Shown here: positions 10,270 through 19,852 of the stretch, in pieces | How positions within the stretch are numbered: the first letter of the stretch is position 1 | Layout: every line of letters starts with the position of its first letter | NCBI GenBank assembly: GCA_963840035.1 | Contig: CAWIXE010000002.1 | Span: 1,568,001-1,632,000, forward strand | Length of the DNA stretch: 64,000 bases | Source of the DNA: a candidate division FCPU426 bacterium | GTDB taxonomy: Bacteria > Oederibacteriota > PGYV01 > Palsa-1178 | Reading direction: 5' to 3' | Program-made: the position numbers and the translations under genes | The notes under the pieces: model-generated | What the model was told of the DNA's origin: nothing | Databases searched by the model: none | The model's input: the letters and a program-made list of their open reading frames with translations, nothing else

Positions 10270-11330
10270 TATTTCACCCTCCCTTTTATGAACTCAAAAA
10301 GTTCCTCGGAAGTTGGCACGCCGCCGCCGGGCCTGCCGTAAAACTCAATTTTGGACGCGGCTTCTGTGGCGAGTTTTACATCCTCCACCATCTGCCCCAT
10401 GTTCATCTCAAAGACAAATATTTTTTTAACGTTTTTCGCGGCTTCTTTCAATGCCGCGGAAGGATATGGCCACAGTGTTATGGGCCTGAAAAGGCCGATA
10501 TTCATGCCGGCCTTTTTGGCCATCTTAACGACGCCTTTTGAAATCCTGGCGCAGGTGCCAAAAGCGGCTATCAAATAATCCGGTTTTGATTCCATATTGA
10601 TAAGTTCATACCTTGTCTCTGCGGCTGTTATGGCATCATACTTTTCCTTAAGGTGCATGTTATGCTTTTCAAGGACTCCCGGCTGCATGAGCAGCGAAAG
10701 TATGCGCTGGCCTTTCCTTCCTTTGGCGCCTGTCAAAGCCCACGGTTTTGGCGCGTCTTTGAGCAGCGGTTTTCTCGTCCTGTTAAGCGCCACATTTTCC
10801 ATAAGCTGCCCTAAAAGCCCGTCCGCTAAGACCATCACCGGATTCCTGTATTTGTCGGCCAGATCAAAAGCGTCAAAAGTATAATCATACATTTCTTCTA
10901 TGGTGTGCGGCGCGAGCGTTATCATGCGGTAGTCGCCATGGCCGGGTTTTACCGACTGGAAATAGTCCGACTGCGACGGCGCGATGTTACCTAAGCCCGG
11001 TCCGCCCCTCATGACATTGACAATTACGCCCGGCAATTCGCATCCGGCCATGTATGAAATGCCTTCCTGCATGAGCGATATTCCCGGCGATGAAGATGTG
11101 GTCATGGCCCTGGCTCCCGCGACCGCTGCGCCGAAGACCATATTCACGGATATGAGTTCACTCTCAGCCTGTATGAATGTCCCTCCCGCTTCTATCATTT
11201 TACTGGACATAATCTCGGGTATTTCGTTCTGCGGGGTTATGGGGTATCCGGCGTAAAATCTGCATCCCGCATCGAGAGCTGCCTGAACAACAGCGGCGTT
11301 CCCTTTTATGAACTTCTTTTCGCCGTTCAT
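10269..11330 (-). CDS. vorB: 2-oxoacid (2-oxoisovalerate-type):ferredoxin oxidoreductase alpha subunit
   Basis: AGYPITPQNE, FIQAESE, TTSSSPGISLMQEG, RGGPGLGNI. Confidence 0.85.
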   Translation of the reverse strand: MNGEKKFIKGNAAVVQAALDAGCRFYAGYPITPQNEIPEIMSSKMIEAGGTFIQAESELISVNMVFGAAVAGARAMTTSSSPGISLMQEGISYMAGCELPGVIVNVMRGGPGLGNIAPSQSDYFQSVKPGHGDYRMITLAPHTIEEMYDYTFDAFDLADKYRNPVMVLADGLLGQLMENVALNRTRKPLLKDAPKPWALTGAKGRKGQRILSLLMQPGVLEKHNMHLKEKYDAITAAETRYELINMESKPDYLIAAFGTCARISKGVVKMAKKAGMNIGLFRPITLWPYPSAALKEAAKNVKKIFVFEMNMGQMVEDVKLATEAASKIEFYGRPGGGVPTSEELFEFIKGRVK

Positions 11331-11557
11331 TTTTTCACCTCTTCAATAATCTCTATTACTTCTATGGCGCAATCCGGGCAGACTATGGCGCAAAGCGTGC
11401 AGGCAGTACACCTGCCGGCGTTGCAAAATTCAACAACATTATAACCGTGTTTGTTTATCCTGTCGCTGGTCCTTATTTCCGTGTGTTTGCAGGCTTCTAT
11501 GCAGATAAGACAGCCCTTGCACCTGTTTTCATCAATACGAATTTTTCCCTTTTTCAA
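11327..11557 (-). CDS. 2x[4Fe-4S] ferredoxin (delta subunit)
   Basis: Two CxxCxxCxxxC motifs; TTG start with AGGAG SD. Confidence 0.9.
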   Translation of the reverse strand: MKKGKIRIDENRCKGCLICIEACKHTEIRTSDRINKHGYNVVEFCNAGRCTACTLCAIVCPDCAIEVIEIIEEVKK

Positions 11558-11711
11558 AATATTCTCCTTATTTGAAACGGCAAAATCAGGCTTTCGCCTG
11601 AAATGAAAATACCTATCCCGTCGGATTTCATATTACAACACAAAAACACTTTCCTTATTATATTATAAGAGGCATCTGATTACAACCCAAAATATGGGGG
11701 TAGAACCTGGT

Positions 11712-12922
11712 GGTAAGTTGCAAGTTTTAATGCACCACTCCCTGAATCCCACACATTTTTCTTGTAGCATTTTGAATTATCATGTCGTTGGCTGTTTTGT
11801 ATCCAAATATCCCTCTGGGATAGTTGTTTATCCAATTTTGGGCCTTTTTTACCGTTTCTACAGACACTTCCCCTATATCCGTCCCTTTAGGTACGAACCG
11901 CCTTATTATGCGGTTTGTATTCTCGTTGGTTCCTCTTTCAAAAGAACTGAAAGGATGCGCGTAATATAGCATGGTCCTTTTTGTCCCTGGCTTTAATTTA
12001 CTCTCTTCAAGGGTTCTCCAATCGAGAAACTCCGAACCGTTGTCTGCGGTTATCGTCTTGAATATCCTGGCAAACAAACCGCCATAAGTCCTTTCGAGTC
12101 CAGTCAACGCCTTGTCCACTTCTTCGACCTTGCAACAGTTCATCTTAATTATTATTTCCTGTCTTGTCATACGTTCGCTGATTGTCAGAAGACATGCTCT
12201 TGTCCATTTAATACCCTTAACAACATCTATCTCCCAGTGACCATACTCCGTTCTTTCGTTTGCCGCCTTTGGTCTTTCTTCTATGCTCTTGAAAAGCCTG
12301 CTTCTATTTACTTTTCCGACCTTCCGATACTTCTTTTTACGCCTTCCTCCATATACCAGTTCTGCTTCTCCAACACCTGCAAACACACCGGAATGTATAT
12401 AATTGTAAACTGTCTTTATGCACAGATATGTCTTAAACCCCAGCTTGGTTCGCATTATTTCGCCTATTACTGCTGCCGGCGAATACTTATCCTGCGTTAT
12501 CTTCCGTTCTATATGCCTGCTTAGTTCGTGGTCAAACCCGATCTTTAACGGGCGTCCTTTGTTCTTTTGTTTTTCATCATAGTCCAGCTGTCCATGATCG
12601 GCCCTATATACCAATCTCTCTTTGAGTTCCCAATCCGTCTGTATTACAGAACCTCTTTTTATCTCACGATTTATCGTGCTTGGGTCTCTTCCAAGTTGTT
12701 CGGCTATCTCACGCCCAGTACACTTCTTATCGCGCAGAGCCTCAATCTGGTACCGTTCTTTTAAACTTAAATACTTGTTTTTCCTGTCCCTTGTGGTAAT
12801 CTTGACTTGTCCCATCATTCACCTCGTGTTTTTTATGGTGTCTTCGCAAACAACATAATAACACAAGTGCTTGGTGGGACTTTTTATTTACTCAGATGGT
12901 GCATTTCATCTTACACTTTTTA
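11712..12922 (-). mobile_element. IS30-family insertion sequence, 26-bp imperfect IRs, 15-bp direct repeat GGGGTAGAACCTGGT (11697-11711, 12923-12937)
   Basis: Left end GGTAAGTTGCAAGTTTTAATGCACCA; right end revcomp TAAAAAGTGTAAGATGAAATGCACCA; identical 15-mer abuts both ends. Confidence 0.85.
11727..12818 (-). CDS. IS30-family transposase
   Basis: HTH (IAEQLGRDPSTINREIKR), GHWEID, TADNGSEF, ERGTNENTN..IRRF.PKG. Confidence 0.95.
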   Translation of the reverse strand: MMGQVKITTRDRKNKYLSLKERYQIEALRDKKCTGREIAEQLGRDPSTINREIKRGSVIQTDWELKERLVYRADHGQLDYDEKQKNKGRPLKIGFDHELSRHIERKITQDKYSPAAVIGEIMRTKLGFKTYLCIKTVYNYIHSGVFAGVGEAELVYGGRRKKKYRKVGKVNRSRLFKSIEERPKAANERTEYGHWEIDVVKGIKWTRACLLTISERMTRQEIIIKMNCCKVEEVDKALTGLERTYGGLFARIFKTITADNGSEFLDWRTLEESKLKPGTKRTMLYYAHPFSSFERGTNENTNRIIRRFVPKGTDIGEVSVETVKKAQNWINNYPRGIFGYKTANDMIIQNATRKMCGIQGVVH

Positions 12923-12978
12923 GGGGTAGAACCTGGTTTATAGACCAATAAATACAGCTTATTAAGGTTTATACATTG

Positions 12979-13255
12979 GTAGTCGCACCCCTTCGTCCCA
13001 TCGGGGTGCGTATGCTGGTATTTGTTCAGTTTGTGTCAGATTTTGTAGCGCCGCCGCTTGCATATGCCATGAGCCCTATAATATACTCATGCCATATACA
13101 TATCGAATGGCTGCGGCTCAGGGCAGGAATTAGATTTCTTATGCGCAGGCCTGAGTTCCATCGGCCTGCGCCTGTATCCGGTATTGAAGAACGCAAACGG
13201 ACGACGGGCCAAATCCCGCGTGCGCACCCCGATGAAACGTAGAGGGTGCGACTAC
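12979..13255. repeat. REPIN-like element: inverted GTAG-type REP pair with internal palindromes
   Basis: GTAGTCGCACCCCTTCGTCCCATCGGGGTGCG (12979-13010) and CGCACCCCGATGAAACGTAGAGGGTGCGACTAC (13223-13255); related units at 40920-41070. Confidence 0.7.
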
Positions 13256-13363
13256 AAAACTACCAACGTTGGAGCCGCAGCAATCCGTTTTCGCTGAAGC
13301 TTCAACGGACATGGGCGGCGGCTTTACAAAAGCCATTGGTAATTGGTCATTTGTAATTAGTAA

Positions 13364-15406
13364 TTATCTCTTCCTGCGGTCTGTCTTACGAACGTCCAGC
13401 ATGGTCTTAACCTTGTTCCTGCCGTCTTCCTTTGCCAGGTACAGCCCGTCATCAGCCTGTTTGAACATTTCCCTGGCGTCCTTGGCAAACTCCGGATATG
13501 AAGTCACGCCTATGGAAAGCGTAATCGGGCGCTTTTCCTTCTCATTTCCGCCTTTTAAGTTCTTTTCGCTGTATTCCCTGATCTCTTCGGCAATCTTAGC
13601 CGCGGCGTAAATATCGTAGTTTTCAAAGACAAACACAAACTCTTCCCCGCCATAGCGGGCGCAGTAGGTGTTCTCATATTTTTTCTCAAACGCGGTGAGC
13701 ATGCCGGCCATTTTTACAAGCACCCTGTCGCCTTCCTGATGTCCGAAACTGTCGTTAAATTTTTTAAAAAAATCTATGTCAAAGACGCAAAGCGAGACGC
13801 ACTGCAGTGCGCCCTTATTCTTCTTTTCCACGGATTCCCTGAGTTTTTCCTGGAATGTCAGGTGATTGTATAACCCCGTTAAACCGTCATGGAAAGCCTG
13901 TCTTTTTATCTTTTCATACAGTTTGGCGTTTTCAAGCATGGTAGTAATGCGCGAGAGCATGAGCTCAAGGGTTTTAACCTCAAACGGGCTGAAAACACAC
14001 TCTTTTTCCTTGTCAAGTTTTATAAAACCTAGCACGTTTTCCCCGCTTTTAAGAAGGCTTATGAAGTTCTTGTCAAGGTTCATACGCTTGAAATTAAGCG
14101 GAATATTCTTTTTTGAAGCGTCTTCTATTATCATCGGCTTGCCGGAATCAGCCACATAGCGCAGTATCTCGTTTTCCCTGGCTGTAAACTTCGTCCCCTT
14201 GACCGTGATGGGGTAATTAAAGCTTTCTGTTATCTCAAAAGTATTATCGTCATGGTTGTATTCCGCCAGGTACCCGCTGTATATGTCGAAGGACTTTATC
14301 TCCCCGAAAAAGTTTGCCATCAGCCCGCTCTTGCCCTCTAAAAGATTCAGTTTCTCGTTTATCTCATACATCCTTGAGACGCGCTGTTCCTTTGAGATGG
14401 CTTTGTAGTTTATGTCATATAATTCCATGATGCTGACAACCTCGCCGGATAAGTCCTTCAGCCTTTCCTTGATGGTTTCCTTTTCCGCTTCGATGTCCCT
14501 GTCAAAATCTATGGCTATGGCGCCTATTACCCTGTTTAATACCACAGGTATCACTGCCGCATTCTTCACATCAACCTTTCCGGAATAGTACGGCATACGC
14601 GCGCCTTTGACGTCAAAGGCAAAGAACATATTCTTATTGAGCGCGGCGCCCAGCAGTCCGTCCTTGGGCTCAAAGGCGTAATCTTTCATGACATCATTTT
14701 CCTTAAGCGACACGGAAATGGTCATGGCAAAAGCGCCGCCGCGGGTGTCATCCCTGATAAAAAGCATGATAGATACCGGCTTGAGTATGGTGTGATAAAG
14801 GGTGAACAGACTGTCTAATAGCCCTGATATTACATTTTTAAAATGGAGGCTTTCCTTGTCCGTTTCAATACGCTTGAGCGTTCCGTCGCCTGCAGGTTCC
14901 TTTTTCTTAACTCCTCTTAAGTAAACTGTCGCTCCAAGGCAAAGTACAGCGCCATAAGCAAAAATATCCGCCGGCGTTATGGCCGCGTAATCCTTTATAA
15001 AAGCGGTGCCGACCGCGCCGCATATTATAAATCCTGCAATCAGGTCCCCGGTAATAAAAAGGAATATCGCTGTAAATACAGGCGCCCATTTTAAAGGCGA
15101 CGCAATGCCTCCGGAGACGCACGCAAGGGTTATGTAAATAACGGCAAGGCCGTAATATATCCTGCTTGCGGCACGCTCGCCGAGGTTGTCCTTGAATTTT
15201 TCCAGGGAATACATGGAGGCAAACATAAGAAGATATAAAATAGCGTGAATTATGTAATGGAATTCGGTACGCGGGTAAAAACCCAAAATATCGGCAAGAA
15301 GAATGACTGCGGCTACGGTAATGACAGAGGTTTTAAAATCGAGTTTGAGAGGCTTTTCTTCGGAAGTTTTCCTGGAAGCAAACCTGCCTGACTGATTGTG
15401 CTTCAT
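13364..15406 (-). CDS. Membrane-bound GAF-containing diguanylate cyclase
   Basis: N-terminal TM helices, GAF-like regions, DGLTGLYNH, DIDFFKKFND.FGH..GD, RYGGEEF. Confidence 0.9.
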   Translation of the reverse strand: MKHNQSGRFASRKTSEEKPLKLDFKTSVITVAAVILLADILGFYPRTEFHYIIHAILYLLMFASMYSLEKFKDNLGERAASRIYYGLAVIYITLACVSGGIASPLKWAPVFTAIFLFITGDLIAGFIICGAVGTAFIKDYAAITPADIFAYGAVLCLGATVYLRGVKKKEPAGDGTLKRIETDKESLHFKNVISGLLDSLFTLYHTILKPVSIMLFIRDDTRGGAFAMTISVSLKENDVMKDYAFEPKDGLLGAALNKNMFFAFDVKGARMPYYSGKVDVKNAAVIPVVLNRVIGAIAIDFDRDIEAEKETIKERLKDLSGEVVSIMELYDINYKAISKEQRVSRMYEINEKLNLLEGKSGLMANFFGEIKSFDIYSGYLAEYNHDDNTFEITESFNYPITVKGTKFTARENEILRYVADSGKPMIIEDASKKNIPLNFKRMNLDKNFISLLKSGENVLGFIKLDKEKECVFSPFEVKTLELMLSRITTMLENAKLYEKIKRQAFHDGLTGLYNHLTFQEKLRESVEKKNKGALQCVSLCVFDIDFFKKFNDSFGHQEGDRVLVKMAGMLTAFEKKYENTYCARYGGEEFVFVFENYDIYAAAKIAEEIREYSEKNLKGGNEKEKRPITLSIGVTSYPEFAKDAREMFKQADDGLYLAKEDGRNKVKTMLDVRKTDRRKR

Positions 15407-15408
15407 CT

Positions 15409-15756
15409 TTACTTGAACTTTTTTACCGCTTCGTCGATGCTTTTGTAGTATTCGAGGATATTGGTAAAATCAAGAAGTTCAAATATTTCCATAACTTCGG
15501 GCTTCATGTTAACGAGCTTTAGGTCGCCCTTATTTTTCCTGATGTTCTTTATCTCGCTGATAAATATACCCCAGCCCGCGCTGGATATGTATTCCACCTC
15601 ACCAAGGTCAATGATTATCTTGTAGTTCTTGCCCTGCAAAAGCTCTGCCATCGATGATTCAAGCATTCCTGATGTAGTTGTATCTATGTAGCCTTTACAC
15701 TGCACTACTTTTATAGGTCCTTTATCAACGACGCTTACTGATAATCCCTCAGCCAT
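15409..15756 (-). CDS. STAS-domain anti-sigma factor antagonist
   Basis: GYIDTTT, IIIDLGEVEYISSAGWG. Confidence 0.9.
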   Translation of the reverse strand: MAEGLSVSVVDKGPIKVVQCKGYIDTTTSGMLESSMAELLQGKNYKIIIDLGEVEYISSAGWGIFISEIKNIRKNKGDLKLVNMKPEVMEIFELLDFTNILEYYKSIDEAVKKFK

Positions 15757-15772
15757 TTCACACCTCCGTAAA

Positions 15773-16264
15773 TCATACTTTCCATTTAGTTTTTATATAG
15801 CCGGCAGGTTCCTTAAAACCCTTTAACCATAAAGATATTATAGCATTTTTCACGTCAGGATAAAACAATAATTTGCGGAAATTATTCACGGAATAAAAAG
15901 CAGCGCCTTTGAGCACATGGTCAGGCATCAGTATGAAATTCGCGCTTTTCTTTGATTTTACGGCAAAATAAAGGTTAATAACATGCCTGGAACCGTCCGG
16001 GTAAATAGAGTCATTAGCTAAAAGAAGCTCCCCGACCTTTAAGTTTTTCATGGATAATTCCTCTTCAAATTCGCGTTTTAATGCCTGGTCAAGTGTCTCC
16101 CCGTGTTCAACACCGCCGCCCGGGAGAAGCCAGTAGGACTTGCCGTGCTTCTGGTGGTTGACAAGGAGGATTTCATTTTTAGAGTTGGTCAAAATACCCG
16201 CAACGCGGATGCGGATGGCGTGGTCTTCTGTGTTCGCTTTTTTTGTAATCGTTTTTTTTGCCAT
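15773..16264 (-). CDS. NUDIX hydrolase
   Basis: PGGGVEHGETLDQALKREFEEE Nudix box. Confidence 0.9.
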   Translation of the reverse strand: MAKKTITKKANTEDHAIRIRVAGILTNSKNEILLVNHQKHGKSYWLLPGGGVEHGETLDQALKREFEEELSMKNLKVGELLLANDSIYPDGSRHVINLYFAVKSKKSANFILMPDHVLKGAAFYSVNNFRKLLFYPDVKNAIISLWLKGFKEPAGYIKTKWKV

Positions 16265-16290
16265 TCTTTTGCCTCTGTTCTATATGGTTC

Positions 16291-16459
16291 TTCCCCTTCC
16301 CCCTCGAAGGGGCTCTTTTCAGTACCCCTTTACGGGGTAGAAGGATGGGATGGGGGTGCTGCAGCAGCTGAATATATATCACATCCTCGAGGGTTGCTTC
16401 GGCGGTTTTGCCGCTACATCACCCTCTCCCCGGCCCTCTCCCTTCGAGGGAGAGGGGGG
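16291..16459. repeat. CCCCTCTCCC/GGGAGAGGG-type palindromic intergenic element, copy 1
   Basis: Terminal hairpins; shares GGGTGCTGCAGCAGCTGA core and inverted end sequence with 34013-34140. Confidence 0.7.
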
Positions 16460-16487
16460 CTGCCTTTAAAACTTAATTCCAAATCGA

Positions 16488-17531
16488 CTAAAACAACTTC
16501 TCTTGGTCGCCGTTCTTCTTCTTTATCTTAAAATACTCATATGCCTTGTCAGTAACTTTCCGTCCCGACGGTGTCCTCTGTATAAACCCCGTCTGTATAA
16601 GGAAAGGCTCATAAACGTCTTCGATCGTATCCGGTTCTTCAGAAACGGCAGTGGCTATCGTATCTATGCCCACCGGGCCGCCTTTGAATTTCTCTATAAT
16701 GGTTGTTATTATTTTCTTATCCATATTATCAAGCCCGAGCTCGTCGACCTCGAGCATGGTCAGGGCTTCAATGGCTGACTGCTTGTTTATCTTTCCGTTG
16801 CCCTTTACCTGCGCGAAATCGCGGACGCGCTTTAAGAGCCTGTTTGCTATCCTGGGAGTGCCGCGGGAACGCCTTGCGATCTCGTGGATTCCTTCGTCAT
16901 CGGCTTTAACGCCAAGTATCTTCGCCGAGCGCGTGAGTATCTCAATTAAATCCTTAACCTCATAAAAATCAACCCTGTAAGTCGCGCCAAAGCGGTCGCG
17001 CAAAGGTGCCGCGATCATGCCAACGCGCGTTGTCGCGCCGATTAAGGTGAATTTAGGAAGGTCGATCCTGAATGTTTTTGCTGAAGGGCCTTTGCCTATA
17101 ACAATGTCCAAAGCATAGTCTTCAAGTGCCGGGTACATTATCTCTTCAACCGCCCTGTTGAGCCTGTGGATTTCATCAATGAACAGAATATCATTCTCTT
17201 CAAGATTTGTAATTATGGCTGCCAGATCGCCGGCTTTTTCAATGACAGGCCCGGCTGTCACCTTTATATTCACGCCCATTTCATTGGCTATGATGTTTGC
17301 AAGGGTAGTTTTACCAAGGCCGGGAGGGCCGTAGAAAAGTATATGCTCAGGGGCTTCTTTCCTGCCCTTTGCGGCATCGATTAATATCTTGAGTTTTTCC
17401 TTCACCTTTTCCTGGCCGATATAATCGGACAGCATCTTAGGGCGAAGGGATTTTTCCTCTATGAACTCCGGCCGCGAAGCCAGGGAATCAATTACGCGTT
17501 CGCTTTTGTTTTTGTCTTCCAATGTTTTCAC
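16488..17531 (-). CDS. ruvB: Holliday junction branch-migration helicase RuvB
   Basis: [35 protein letters not shown]. Confidence 0.98.
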   Translation of the reverse strand: MKTLEDKNKSERVIDSLASRPEFIEEKSLRPKMLSDYIGQEKVKEKLKILIDAAKGRKEAPEHILFYGPPGLGKTTLANIIANEMGVNIKVTAGPVIEKAGDLAAIITNLEENDILFIDEIHRLNRAVEEIMYPALEDYALDIVIGKGPSAKTFRIDLPKFTLIGATTRVGMIAAPLRDRFGATYRVDFYEVKDLIEILTRSAKILGVKADDEGIHEIARRSRGTPRIANRLLKRVRDFAQVKGNGKINKQSAIEALTMLEVDELGLDNMDKKIITTIIEKFKGGPVGIDTIATAVSEEPDTIEDVYEPFLIQTGFIQRTPSGRKVTDKAYEYFKIKKKNGDQEKLF

Positions 17532-17544
17532 CGTCTTTTTATTT

Positions 17545-17736
17545 GTAGGGGCGATTCACGAATCGCCCAACAACGCAGAACAATTCACAAGTTGCCACTT
17601 CAAGAACCAGCCTGGAGAGGCAGACAAGCCGCCTCTCTACAAAATCGTTCTAAATCCAACTCCCTGTAGGGGCCGACCTATGTGTCGGCCCGAAAGCAGG
17701 CCCTCGTGGCGGGCGGACACACAGGTCCGCCCCTAC
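17545..17736. repeat. Cluster of four GTAG-type REP hairpins
   Basis: GTAGGGGCGATTCACGAATCGCCC, GAGAGGC..GCCTCTCTAC, GTAGGGGCCGAC..GTCGGCCC, GGGCGGAC..GTCCGCCCCTAC. Confidence 0.85.
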
Positions 17737-17891
17737 GAGGGCTATTCACGATGTTAATTATAATATAACGGCATCCATTTTACACATGCTTTTTAATGCT
17801 ATTATTTAAAAAAACACACCCGTATATATTGCCTCCATAATCATCTCAAACCAGGTACAGCGTGGGCCACTGGTATACTCTCAACAAATAA

Positions 17892-18449
17892 TCAATCATA
17901 TTGAATATGCATGTCAATCCTTGAAATCCTATTATTATCAATATAAAAGGTTATCATTACACCAACAAATGACTGGAAATTATCACCAGGACCTGTAAGG
18001 TCGTAAATTTCAGCACCAGATTCGTCTTTTTTCCATCTATGTTCGGCTGGATAGGCTTTTAACAGACTTTCCAACGTATCCCCAATTTTTATTCCTAACG
18101 GCAGCTTATAATCAGTGCCAGTAAATGTTACTCTATCAATACTATATTCATTTTCGGACCCAACAAGCCGAAAACCAATTGTTTTGAAAGCAATCGATTT
18201 AAACCTCTTATCTTTCGATAACAATATTGAAACCGGTTTATCTTCCTGACAAAATGCTGCTATTTTTTCTTCAGCATCACCAATCATTATTTTACTAGAT
18301 CCGTTTGTGACAAAATAGTCGTAAGTGACCTGGGTTGGTTCCGGGGTGGGATTTAATTTAATACTTGTTTTACTTTTTTGTTTACAGGAAATGACCAAAC
18401 CAAAAGCTAAAATCATTAACATCAAGAAAATAACAAGATTTTTTTTCAT
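17892..18449 (-). CDS. Hypothetical lipoprotein (AT-rich)
   Basis: Signal peptide with lipobox-like VISC, PTPEPT linker. Confidence 0.7.
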   Translation of the reverse strand: MKKNLVIFLMLMILAFGLVISCKQKSKTSIKLNPTPEPTQVTYDYFVTNGSSKIMIGDAEEKIAAFCQEDKPVSILLSKDKRFKSIAFKTIGFRLVGSENEYSIDRVTFTGTDYKLPLGIKIGDTLESLLKAYPAEHRWKKDESGAEIYDLTGPGDNFQSFVGVMITFYIDNNRISRIDMHIQYD

Positions 18450-18462
18450 GTATTCCCCATTT

Positions 18463-19047
18463 TTACTTCCCCAGCCGTTTTATCGCTTCCTTTATGATTA
18501 CTTCTTTATCCGCGTCAATGCCCGCGGCCTTTACAGCCTGCCTTAATGCTTCCCTTGCCTTCTGGTAATTAAACCCCAGCGCCAGCAACGCCTGCAGATA
18601 TTCCTCGTCCGGCGTGAATTCATCCTCGCCGCCAACTCCTGCGTGCATTTTGAATTTGTCTTTTAATTCCACTATCATCCTCTGTGCTTTTTTAGGGCCC
18701 AGGCCCGGGACTTTTGTCAGGACCGCTTCATTTCCCGTGGCTATGGCTTTGCGCAGGGTGTCAGGGTTTATGCTGGATAATATGTTTGTGCCGGCTTTCG
18801 GGCCTATGCCTTCCACGCTTATTAATGCCATGAAGACTTCTTTTTCTTCGCGGCTGGAAAAGCCGTATAATGCCACGCCGTTATCGGAGACCGACAGGTA
18901 TGTGTAAACGCGGGCTATGCCCTCGTCTTTACGCAGGCGGTCGTAGGCGGCGGCTGTGATGGTGATGCCGTAGCCTGTGCCGTTGACGTTCAGGAGCAGG
19001 TGTTTTTCTGTGATTTCTTCTATGCTGCCTTCGAGAAAATCTATCAT
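18463..19047 (-). CDS. ruvA: Holliday junction DNA-binding protein RuvA
   Basis: MIDFLEG, VNGTGY, LYGF, LISVEGIGPK, VPGLGPKKAQRMIVELKDK. Confidence 0.97.
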   Translation of the reverse strand: MIDFLEGSIEEITEKHLLLNVNGTGYGITITAAAYDRLRKDEGIARVYTYLSVSDNGVALYGFSSREEKEVFMALISVEGIGPKAGTNILSSINPDTLRKAIATGNEAVLTKVPGLGPKKAQRMIVELKDKFKMHAGVGGEDEFTPDEEYLQALLALGFNYQKAREALRQAVKAAGIDADKEVIIKEAIKRLGK

Positions 19048-19182
19048 AAGTTCTCCTTAGAGTTTACGAGACAAGAGACTGGAGACAGGAGGAAGACAAA
19101 ACTGCTCCAAACCCTGAAAATCTAAATCCTGCCTTGCGCAGCCTGAAGGCTGCGGCTACCAAGAACAACAAATCCAACGTCT

Positions 19183-19220
19183 GGGCGATTCGTGCGAAGT
19201 CCCGTGGAAATCGCCCCTAC
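19183..19220. repeat. GTAG-type REP (36/38 identical to 44196-44233), overlaps ruvC stop codon
   Basis: GGGCGATTCGTGCGAAGTCCCGTGGAAATCGCCCCTAC. Confidence 0.85.
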
Positions 19221-19753
19221 AGAACCTTTGAACTCCCTTGTGCTTTGGACTTTGGGCTCTGGGCTTTCTTCCTTATCTCCGCCATTTTACTCCCGCTCGC
19301 GCACGTTATCGCTATAGCCAGCGCGTCTGCAACGTCATCCGGTTTTGGCGCTTCTTTAAGTCCCAGTATGGCCATGACCATCTTTAATACCTGGTTTTTA
19401 TCAGCCATGCCGTAGCCTGTTAATGCCATTTTAACGTCCATGGGGGAAAATTCCCTTATCTCAACTCCCGCCAGCTGTGCGCACAGCAGGATAACGCCCC
19501 TGGCTTCGCCTACGGTCATCGCGGTGGATACGTTCCTGCTGAAAAACAATTTCTCGACCGCCACCACATCGGGCTTGTGCTGTTTGATGGCCCTGGTGAC
19601 TTCGACAAATACAACCTCAAGCCGCTCGGCATGAGGACGGTCCTTGTCGCTTTCTATGAGGCCGTACGAGATTGTTTTGAGCTTATTGCCTTTTTTTTCA
19701 ATGACGCCGAGCCCGCAGCGGGCGGTTCCGGGGTCTATGCCGAGTATGATCAA
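19217..19753 (-). CDS. ruvC: Crossover junction endodeoxyribonuclease RuvC (likely TTG start at 19753)
   Basis: ILGIDPG, VAVEKLFF, EARGV, PDDVADALAIA; GGAG SD before TTG. Confidence 0.95.
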   Translation of the reverse strand: MIILGIDPGTARCGLGVIEKKGNKLKTISYGLIESDKDRPHAERLEVVFVEVTRAIKQHKPDVVAVEKLFFSRNVSTAMTVGEARGVILLCAQLAGVEIREFSPMDVKMALTGYGMADKNQVLKMVMAILGLKEAPKPDDVADALAIAITCASGSKMAEIRKKAQSPKSKAQGSSKVL

Positions 19754-19766
19754 GAATGCTCCGTTT

Positions 19767-19851
19767 GAATTGAAGGTTGTTGATTGTAGATTGCGGATTA
19801 ATAAACAAAACCGTCCATTAATCCGCAATCGTCAATCCACTATCTTCAATA
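19767..19851. repeat. Inverted heptamer array (GATTGnn / nnCAATC)
   Basis: GATTGTA GATTGCG GATT ... AATCCGC AATCGTC AATCCAC TATCTTC. Confidence 0.8.
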
Positions 19852-19852
19852 A

